DNA from: Syncephalis fuscata S228
Taxonomy: Eukaryota; Fungi; Zoopagomycota
Direction of reading: 5' to 3'
Assembly (NCBI GenBank): GCA_025786725.1
Contig: JAHLTZ010000079.1
Span: forward strand, 1 to 33,362
Length of the DNA stretch: 33,362 nt
In this document: positions 22,801-33,362 of the stretch, piece after piece
How positions within the stretch are numbered: position 1 is the first letter of the stretch
How the letters are laid out: each line of letters opens with the position of its first letter
Translations under genes and position numbers: made by a program
The notes under the pieces: generated by a model
The model's input: only the letters and a program-made list of their open reading frames with translations
The model's database searches: none
What the model was told of the DNA's origin: nothing

Positions 22801-25448
22801 TCACGCATATATGTGCTGTGTAACTATTTGTAGACAAATCAGTTGGTGTAAATTGGTATGGCTTTGGTACCGATTGAGCAGAATGATGAGTTGGTGAGTA
22901 TGTAAGCGAGAAGAAAGCCAGAGATAAAAGAGTGTGAACAGTAATAACATAGTACTGCAGCAATGATATATGCGTACTAGATAATGAATACACAGAATAA
23001 ATATTTTAATAATTGTTACTATTTAGCATTCAGCTTCATGTTCAATAAAACGGAATGTAGTTAGTTACGCGAAAGATGCTTGGCACATAATGCTGACACA
23101 TAATGCTTAGCACAAATGCTGGCACATAATGCTTAGCACAAATGCTGGCACATAATGCTTAGCACAAATGCTGGCACATAATGCTTAGCGCAAATGCTGG
23201 CACATAATGCTTAGCACAAATGCTGGCACATAATGCTTAGCACAAATGCTGGCACATAATGCTTAGCGCAAATGCTGGCACATAATGCTTAGCGCAAATG
23301 CTGGCACATAATGCTTAGCGCAAATGCTGGCACATAATGCTTAGCGCAAATGCTGGCACATAATGCTTAGCGCAAATGCTGGCACATAATGCTTAGCGCA
23401 AATGCTGGCACATAATGCTTAGCGCAAATGCTGGCACATAATGCTTAGCGCAAATGCTGGCACATAATGCTTAGCACAAATGCTGGCACATAATGCTTAG
23501 CGCAAATGCTGGCACATAATGCTTAGCGCAAATGCTGGCACATAATGCTTAGCACAAATGCTGGCACATAATGCTTAGCGCAAATGCTGGCACATAATGC
23601 TTAGCGCAAATGCTGGCACATAATGCTTAGCGCAAATGCTGGCACATAATGCTTAGCGCAAATGCTGGCACATAATGCTTAGCGCAAATGCTGGCACATA
23701 ATGCTTAGCGCAAATGCTGGCACATAATGCTTAGCACAAATGCTGGCACATAATGCTTAGCACAAATGCTGGCACATAATGCTTAGCGCAAATGCTGGCA
23801 CATAATGCTTAGCGCAAATGCTGGCACATAATGCTTAGCGCAAATGCTGGCACATAATGCTTAGCGCAAATGCTGGCACATAATGCTTAGCGCAAATGCT
23901 GGCACATAATGCTTAGCGCAAATGCTGGCACATAATGCTTAGCGCAAATGCTGGCACATAATGCTTAGCGCAAATGCTGGCACATAATGCTTAGCGCAAA
24001 TGCTGGCACATAATGCTTAGCGCAAATGCTGGCACATAATGCTTAGCACAAATGCTGGCACATAATGCTTAGCACAAATGCTGGCACATAATGCTTAGCA
24101 CAAATGCTGGCACATAATGCTTAGCGCAAATGCTGGCACATAATGCTTAGCGCAAATGCTGGCACATAATGCTTAGCGCAAATGCTGGCACATAATGCTT
24201 AGCGCAAATGCTGGCACATAATGCTTAGCGCAAATGCTGGCACATAATGCTTAGCGCAAATGCTGGCACATAATGCTTAGCCAAATGCTGGCACATAATG
24301 CTTAGCGCAAATGCTGGCACATAATGCTTAGCACAAATGCTGGCACATAATGCTTAGCGCAAATGCTGGCACATAATGCTTAGCACAAATGCTGGCACAT
24401 AATGCTTAGCGCAAATGCTGGCACATAATGCTTAGCACAAATGCTGGCACATAATGCTTAGCACAAATGCTGGCACATAATGCTTAGCACAAATGCTGGC
24501 ACATAATGCTTAGCGCAAATGCTGGCACATAATGCTTAGCACAAATGTTGGCACATAATGCTTAGCGCAAATGTTGGCACATAATGCTTAGCACAAATGC
24601 TGGCACATAATGCTTAGCGCAAATGTTGGCACATAATGCTTAGCACAAATGCTGGCACATAATGCTTAGCACAAATGCTGGCACATAATGCTTAGCGCAA
24701 ATGCTGGCACATAATGCTTAGCGCAAATGCTGGCACATAATGCTTAGCACAAATGTTGGCACATAATGCTTAGCGCAAATGTTGGCACATAATGCTTAGC
24801 ACAAATGCTGGCACATAATGCTTAGCGCAAATGCTGGCACATAATGCTTAGCACAAATGCTGGCACATAATGCTTAGCGCAAATGCTGACACAATGCTCA
24901 TTTCCCTCATTCCGTTATATGCACTATAAACTCAACACCGATTATCATACACTTTCCATTGTATATTTATTCTAATGCATATTATTTCATGCTTGCATAA
25001 TCTTCCTTTATCCAAAACTATTTTTATTTTGTTCTGGCTTTATCCTTAATAAATGTCGACTAATTCCACTCATTGATCATGCATATATACTCAATAACTT
25101 CAACATTGCTAATTACTGTTCAATATTGTATATTCGTTATATTGCATATCATTTTATTGGTTATTAAATATGCACTAGTTATTGCAGTTGTCCGTTTGGT
25201 TCTAGCACTGTTATTAATAAATCTTAACTCATTCACCTCATTCATTTAGCAAGTTATATTTAGTTGAAACCTATAACAATAAAATATGTCTATTAGGTCA
25301 AGAATGGCTTATAGCAATATGTGTATACAATAGGGATGATATATATATGAATAGAGAGTATATGCATACTGAACAACAAATCTACGATGGTGAGTATTTG
25401 ATAATTAACGTCACTCACCATCCATCATCATGTTCAATAGGTTGGGTG
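19816..25448 (+). repeat. Right arm of the inverted duplication, ~1.75 kb longer because of the 26-bp array
   Basis: Near-identical to the reverse complement of 214-4101, with scattered substitutions and 1-5 nt indels (e.g. an extra AAAAT at ~1790 in the left arm). Confidence 0.93.
23081..24898 (+). repeat. Minisatellite, ~70 tandem copies of the 26-bp unit GCACATAATGCTTAGC(G/A)CAAATG(C/T)TG
   Basis: Period of 26 read directly (TAATGC at 23101 and 23127); ~1818 bp/26 gives ~70 units; no spacers. Confidence 0.97.
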
Positions 25449-25586
25449 CTATTAAATAATTATTTGGTCTTCAAATGGTAATAAATTATTGGTGAAGGGT
25501 AATGCGTAATTACCAAGTATGGTAGTATTAAATATGAAACAATACCAAAAACAATAACTAAAAACTACTACTTTTTTCTCCTTGCT

Positions 25587-28500
25587 ATGCAGACCAATAA
25601 CCAACTAAAGTATGGATCGAATGGCTATTCAAAAAAAGCATTGAGCTTCTCTTTGTCGAGATGGCCAATGTTAGAGTCTTCAAAAGCACCTTCAAAAGCA
25701 ACCTTTGGTTTATTAGGGGCCGCATTATACACGGGAAAGGAACAGGGACGCTGGCAATTTCAGAGCTGTATTCAACAGCGTAAGTAATTGGTAGCGAATT
25801 CATACATGAGCTAAAAGTTGTTTTATAGATATTACAATTAATACCATTGGTTTACCAACACTTATACAAGGGTCAATTCCTCCAGTTACAGAACAAACTG
25901 CGCTATGCACGACAGTACCTTCAACGCGTCATGGCAAGGTCATAGCAACGTTGGATATAAGTAAAAGTCACGTAGCATGTCCTAGTTATGACCAGCTTAA
26001 TTGTCTTAGTAAGTGTTGTATATAGTTGACAAACAGTTATTTATTTTGTATCAGCCGTATACAGGGATTCAGTTCAGCCGGGTGTCAATCAATGGTCGCC
26101 AGTTGCTCGTTATCAATTAAAGAAACCAATTCAAGAGGTTGTATGTGGTCCCGATCCATCTGAAGGATTGGGTGAGTAAATTGAAAAGATTTTATGCAAA
26201 TATTAACCATTATGCGTAGACTTATTGGCGGTACGGGAGGATCAAACGATTACAATGTTGGGCTATCGTCAAAACCAAACATATGACAATCCATTATTTA
26301 AGATTGATACGCTGAAATTCAAAGACACGCCTCAATCAGTTGCATTGAATCCGCACATTTACGGAGAAACCATCATTTCTACGGGCAGCACAATATTTCA
26401 TTGGGATAGCGAAAGAATGAGCGATGGGTAGGTATAAGAGATAAAGGTTTATTCTAGCCATTAACTATGCGACAACCAACAATAGAATTATTCCTATCTT
26501 TCGAATTCAAGATCAATCATTAAAAAATAATGCAGAAGAACAACGAGCAGGTTGTCAGTTTGGTCTACACCCACGCGTAGTATGGCTAGCAAATAACAAA
26601 CAGCTGTTTTCATTAGATTTACGTGTAGGTAATACCGATGGTTAGCAGACGTAGTATTAATTTTTAAACATTGTCCAGTCTAAAAACACACGTGCAACAC
26701 AACAATTTGCAATGAATAGTAGTGAAAGATTTGTAGATTTGGTTTGTGGAGTGGCAAAACCAGCGCTGAATGCTTTGGCTACTACACAAAATATTTACTT
26801 GTTGATGAACGACTTGCCAGTAAACCATTGGTGACATGGGAAGCAAGACGTGGTTTAGGCGATAGGTTGGGAAGTCTTAATGCGATCACTGTAAAAGCAA
26901 GGGGCGCAAATACCCATTCTATAGATCAACGTAAGACTATCAAAATCTGACTAGTGTAGTAATAACTAATTAGCGTACAAATAGCACTATTACTTCGTTC
27001 ATGGTCAGAAACAGCCGAAATTACAGTATTGCCATTGTATGTAGGGTCTTCGGTGCCGAGTATAGAATCATCTATGGATTTAAAATCGTTTAGAGATTAC
27101 TATAACTTTCATGATATATCTCGCGCAGAGCATGCGTTGGCTCATGTCAATTTAAAACATTCACGAGATGCGTATTGTTCGCCACCCTCTTTGGTTGATT
27201 TTAATGTAAAATCAATTATAGTTCAACGTTTTGAGTTAGAGTCTATGGTTAATATGCTAGATGACATTACTATGGATAATATCAAAGCACATTATGATAA
27301 CTTGGATGCCGAATATGATAGTTCAGTAGACATGTTACAAATGTGGCAATTAGCATCAAACGGTACTCTTTTCAACAGTTATATACGATTGATTATATGA
27401 ATCAGAGTGCAGAAATATTAAATTCGACACCAAAAAGTGAAGAAGTGCTGTTTGAAGACAGAGTTATTAATATAAACACTTGGCCCAAAAATGATCCAAG
27501 TGTCAAGTGGATGACTAAAAAAAAGCATTTAAAACTTGAAAGATTACAAAATGCATTAAATGGTTAGTTATGCGTGGACGATTAACAAACTGGCTAATAA
27601 TTATAGTTTAGATTTACCACAATTAATTAATACATTTGCTACAAATATACCAAGAAGATTAGTGGATAATATTTCAATGCCGCTGGATATGGTTAAGCAA
27701 CAAAGTGCGATTATTGCTGAGGAGAGTAAATATCCGATAACACTGTAAGCTGCAAATCACGATACATTCTTTTAATATTGGCTAACAGCAATACTGGTAG
27801 ACATGAGCTATTGGCTAAACTAACCAAGTATGAAGGAACAGACGTGTCAGAAACTGCGCTATGGAAGTCAGTTGGATCTTTATCTGTTAATGATCCAGAC
27901 TACATACTGTCAGAGATTCCGCTTCCAATGTCAAAGGCTCTAGTTCTAAAACCTTTAAACAAAGTGTGGCAATTTAAACCACTAGTTTCAACTTATGGAT
28001 TGGATAAAGCCAACATTAGAGAAATTATTTATAATACTTTTTCTGTTGATAAGGAAAGTCAATATGATGTATATAACAGCGAAGATGCCATTGATTTTAT
28101 GGCATCCACTGAGCAAGAAATTGCAGATCGAATAGCTGATGAGGTTTGGCTAGCAACACATACATGGTGGTCTCTATCTGCAAATCATAATTCGTCTACA
28201 TCGAAAAAAAGCGAATATTCTCAAAAGACACAAGATACATTTACTTGGTTTTCACCGCTTGATTCAACTCAACCGGATAATATCATTGCAGATGAAAAAT
28301 GTTTACAGCAATCTACAGGCAAAGAAAACAAAGTAGCACATCATGCATCTAATAAGCAAGCAACATCATTTAATTTTCAATTTATTAAGCCTACGTTGAC
28401 AGAAGCTGCTCTACATCGTATGAGTCAACAGCATCGACAGCCTCAGCTAGTTAGTGATGCAGCACAAGTACTGTTGCGTGACTGGCAGCAAAGCGATAGT

Positions 28501-28947
28501 TCAACTAAATTACCGCTACTTACCCATCATACATCGACAAACACAATTAAACGAGTAGCATCAGTCACCGTACCACCTTCTCGTAAAGCAGGCAATTTCC
28601 ATTCTGAATTATCGTCTTCCGTACCAAATGTTATATCCAGCCCTGCTTATAGTTCAATTCAAAAAACACCCGCTCCTATTCGTCAAATGACCCATACAGC
28701 TGGCTTTGGCAAATCACCATCTATTAGTTCTACTGCCGGTGCACCAAGCCGAGTACCTTTTGCCAATGTCAAAGTAAAACACCAATCAATGTCGCAGCCA
28801 AATGTCGAGACTGGCAATGCTAGTGGAAGTAGATCAAAGCAGCTACCGTTCTCCATGACACAGCCTAGTTCCCAGTTTACAAGTAGTCAATCTGATAAAT
28901 CGAAGCAACTTAAACAACGAAGAAAGCCACGAAAATCTGGATTTTAA
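25587..28947 (+). CDS. RRN6/TAF1C-like RNA polymerase I core factor subunit; multi-exon, apparent 1-nt frameshift near 27370
   Basis: Beta-propeller-like exons (SVALNPH, FGLHPR, LFSLDLR, LLVDERLASKPLVTW), MWQLASNGTLF, AQVLLRDW, and an S/Q/T-rich tail ending KQRRKPRKSGF typical of fungal Rrn6 C-termini; short GT-AG introns link the ORFs. Confidence 0.7.
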
Positions 28948-31404
28948 TTCAACTAAATTCTTTGCTATGTGTACTATTTATTCCATTTAATAAATCATTT
29001 GTTATGTGCACCATTATTTCACTTAATAAATATTGTTTACTAAACAGCTTAGCATAAAATGGAAAAGTGTGACAATCCACAAATACCACAAATCATAAAT
29101 CAAACATTGCGCAAACTAAAATGGGCGCAATAAACAGCAATGATAATAATAAGAAAGGTACTGAATTGATACGAATTTTTTTGGTTGCTTGAAGTAGCAA
29201 GTTACTTCTTCAAACCGTAAATTGGTTGCTTAATCGTCATTGACGTACCAATGCGTGGTACCAGACGCGCATATTGTAATTATTTGGAAATTATTAATAC
29301 TGTTAAAGCACATGGCAGATAAAGATCTAGAGGTTGGCTTTGGCATAATAAACATACCAATATAGATTTACAACAGCAGCAGTTTGGCACAACATCAGCT
29401 GTCAAATTCTGAATAAGCAGTCTAGATTTTTCACAACCGTTATTTGTCTGAATACGGTACCAAGAAAACGGCAGACGCTTGAACATCAAGCCGTACTACT
29501 AAAACTAGCGTATAAAACGCTGAAACTATTGCATAGAAACTTGAACCAGATTTAACACGCATGTACCAGCTAAACAGCAGGTAAATGGTAGCACAGCATC
29601 GAATGCGCAAGCGTTATGGATGCGAGCGCAAACAGGTAGGCAAACAAAAAAGTAAGGTAGCTACGGTTCCCGGTGTAGTACAAAACCTTTTTAAATTGCC
29701 AATAACTGTGCACTCAAGCATCCATAGAACGTTTGGCATTGATGGCTGCAATAAGAGTAGAAGCCAAACGTTGGATGAACTTGAAATTTAGCAAAGCCAT
29801 CGTTGACACTGGTGCTGCTGAGACGATATCGCGCCAGAGATATCATTTCGCGCAAACAGTTGATAACGCGGCAGTGCTATGGGCAGTATTAAAAACCCGG
29901 GTAAAATAACCAGCCAATAGTTGTGATTAGCTAAGTGAGCTGAACCTTTGGTGATTGCTTGATGGACTGGTGATTGGTTGATTAGGATGAGAAAGGATTA
30001 ATAGTGCTAATGATGATTGGATGGAAGTAAATTAAGCGGTAAAGGTAGTAATGAAACGTAATAAATGAAATAAATGAAGTAGACAAGACCGTGACTGTGA
30101 CCGAGGGTGACCTAACTGAAAAATGATAGAAGAGAAATGAAAGACGAGAGAAGAGAATAGGAAAGAAGAAGAAGAAGAAAGGAGAGAATGATGGAGAAAG
30201 CGCCAATGTTAATGTTGTTGAGATGCATAAAATGCAATGAATTATTATGCATAGTTCTAAAATAGAGCAATATTATTTAGGTTGCCGTCTAAACAATAAA
30301 CTCATATTTCATAACTAGTATACCAAGCTACTGCGATAAAATAGTTAAAAATCCACTTTGCTTGCGATAAGTGCACAATAAAATGGTTATGCTGCAAATG
30401 GTCCGTCGAAAACCGTAAAAAAAAGAAAAAAGTCGAGACGGACGAATGGTCAGTAAATGGTGTACTGACACATAAAATTAAAATAACCGTGGATGGCAAT
30501 AAGTGTCCACCATTTGGTTATAGAGTATAATTAAATAAAAATACGAAGCAGGCGTAAAATAGAGATGTCATATAAAATAGACGTTGAGCAGAGATGTACA
30601 TCTACAATTGAATGAGATATGTGAATAAGGTGAATAGAATGAATTATTTACGGCTAGAATGCCATAAAAACACAAGTTATTAAATATTTTTTTGCCTTGA
30701 ATACAATCCTGCCCTTGATGAAACAGTGTCCAATAGTATTTCGACATAGAATAGTCATTTGGCCGAATGACAGTAGTGATCTTGGTCATGTTCAAGTTTC
30801 TCGAACTAATGATTGGATCCACGCGCGCATAAAACGCGCGCATGCAGCTAAAACAACTATGCTAGAACGGTGGTATATACACGCGCCAAACGAGGGGAAA
30901 AGCAAATGCGAAGGATAGCATCGGCGTTAACACGCGTGACGATATACGTGCCGGCTATGCTCGATGCCCAGTCGCTTAGAACGCTCCTTTGCTTGTAAAG
31001 CAAAGCTTTTCTATGCACATCCTTACTCGGCGTTAAAGCAATTAGTAGCATAAATTGATGCTGTATTATGTGATGTAATTATCGTCTGCTACTAAGCAGC
31101 AATCGACCAATAAATAGAATTCGCAACGAGTATTATCGCCGTAGACTAGCACATGACTGTTCACTGCTACCAATGACATACAATCACAGCCCAGTTGTTG
31201 AAGCAATAGAACCCGTTACTTCCATAGTTTATGGCTATATAGGGTACACAAGACTAGACTAAGGTTGCACAAGGACATCATCAAAGTCACACATGATTCA
31301 AAAGATTTGCCGACTACAACTAATTAGCGAAATCTATTAGTGCACACTTCAAAGTCCGAGTTTGGCCTTGTACACCGGGGATTTAGTACGCTTGCTTTTT
31401 TTTG

Positions 31405-31431
31405 CTTCTGCTTCTGCTTCTGCTTCTGCTT
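31405..31431. repeat. (CTTCTG)4 microsatellite
   Basis: Seen directly; explains the CFCFCF peptide in the ORF track. Confidence 0.9.
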
Positions 31432-33362
31432 ATTCTCCAATGGTATATCATTTATGACGTCATATAAATGTGCTGCATCATGCGCCTTGCTTATGGAATG
31501 GATGCTTTTCTTCCTTCTGCCGGTTAGTCACTCGGCTAGTCAGTCGGCCCGCTTATCAGTCTTCGTGCCGATTTCCCTCGTGAATGGCACATCTTCATTA
31601 TTCGGCTGATTGGTTATCGGATAACCTGCATTTGGTATTGAGTATGGTCATTTTTAATATGCATTGGCCAACTCGTTAAGAACGCAAGTAAGCAGGCAAG
31701 CCATCCTATTGCAAAGGCACGTAATGATTCAAGGTGCTGGCACCGACAATATCCATGCAAAGACTGCATGATCATGGCCATTCCGTAGGATTATGGCGGC
31801 GTTTTAGTTATGCCGAACATCTCGCAAAGGTCACCTGGCATGTGCCTAACATTATATGAATTGTCACGGTTAACGTCATGGGGCTTTACCATCCTACACA
31901 TAGACAATGTCTACTGTAAACGTGATTGGTGATCATTAAATAGGGATGAAAATGGTGAATATGTAATAAAATTCAAATAATAGTATTTTTGTGGTGTAAT
32001 AACAATCGGCTAGAATGGCTACCTATTTTGAAAGTGAATAGGATGCTAAATATAATGCGTATCCAGCCATGTAGACATTACACGATTATTAAAAGTATAG
32101 TTCATGATAATAAAAAGAAAATAATTAGCGTAAAACGTTTGCAACAATAGAAAGGAGTAGCGTAGACGAGTGGATAGAAAAAGGAGAGAGAAAGAGAGAG
32201 AGAGATGTGAGGGCATCATGGGGGATTGTAGTACAATTGGCGGTGTTTTTACGTTGGAAGGCGCTTGTAATTTACTTGCGCTTTTTGACCTCGTCGACTT
32301 GTATCAGTAAGACCAAAATAGAAATCGCCCATAATTGCTTATCCAGCAATGGCGCCATTTGAACCAAATTAACTGCGTCGAAACAAACTAAAGAACGTTG
32401 AACCGAGACAATAACACATGGTCTTCGTCGCATGGCTCCGCCGCCGATTAACACCGCCAATATTTTATTTACCATTCATTAAACATGATTGGGTAGACTG
32501 CCATGTGGCTGTTACGTCTGTAACACTCTACACTTATCTACCAAAACAGACACTTGATCGTATAAATAAGGAATAACGTATTTGTAAAGCACGCTCGATG
32601 TATCAAATACCGTTGGCATTTTATTCTAATTCCGCCCGAATTTTCGTTCTCCCACGTGAATTACGTTGATGGCCAAACAATACTGCCGCTGTCCATTCGA
32701 CGTAGACCAAGCGTGCGTATGTGCAGATGGCATGAACAATACCGCCGCGTCTCTCTCTCTCTCTTTCTACCTTGATCAACCGGTGTGCATGTATGTGTGC
32801 GCGTTATTCGAACTAGATTCAACAAGCAGACGTAAAAAAAACTTGTTTACCGTTATCCTTGTTATAACTGCAGCCGTCACATTTCTAAACGTTGTGTACT
32901 TGGATTGGTTCCTAGATCGCATCTGTGGTCTTGAATGAATGAATAGTGCATGCTAAGACGCGCACAAATAGACAAGCATGTCATGCTCATTGGGCGGAAT
33001 AGTCGTAATGGGCATGGTCATGTCCAATCGTCAATCAAGAATATTTTGTCTGTACGTTTGTGTGCCGGTGATGCAGCAAATGATTTTTCAAACTTCCATG
33101 GATGTGTGGTGATCGATCATCAACTATTTTCATCTAACGCACACTCTCCTACCATCACTAAATCGGACCGGCGCATCCATGTGTTTTAATAAGCACGTAT
33201 TCTTTCTTACCTTTGTAACATTACGTCGTGCTATTCTTGGACAAATAGAAATATTTTGCACCAGTGTTATATACTCGATAAAGCATTTCAGATTTATTTG
33301 TACTATTTATCGTTATATCGATACTTCATCATAAAATAGCCAGCCAGCTTGGGCCTCAAGTA

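Noticed and set aside
23081-24898. CRISPR array
   Set aside because: Units are contiguous with no unique spacers, there are no cas genes, and the context is eukaryotic.
23081-24898. Telomeric repeat or repeat-encoded protein
   Set aside because: Internal position, no G-rich strand bias (8A/6C/6G/6T); the period of 26 with TAA on both strands closes every frame. Only the unit length resembles long yeast telomere repeats.

Overview
AT-rich eukaryotic DNA with short GT-AG introns; gene content suggests an early-diverging fungus (inference). Genes: KIAA0930-like protein (-), tRNA-Trp(CCA), SCAMP (+), peroxisomal SCP2 protein (-), a secreted/membrane-anchored DUF7137-like protein (-), ER glucosidase II alpha (-), an Acinus-like SAP/RRM/RSB protein (+), an F-box-like gene with three in-frame stops (+), and an RRN6/TAF1C-like gene with an apparent 1-nt frameshift (+). 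The dominant unexplained structure is a near-identical ~3.9 kb non-coding inverted duplication (~214-4101 and ~19816-25448) bracketing ~15.7 kb of housekeeping genes. Each arm has inverted-repeat ends and is built from a dispersed repeat motif. The right arm carries ~70 copies of a 26-bp minisatellite that is reduced to ~2 copies in the left arm. Positions 29000-33362 have no convincing gene. All calls were made by eye; no database searches were run.
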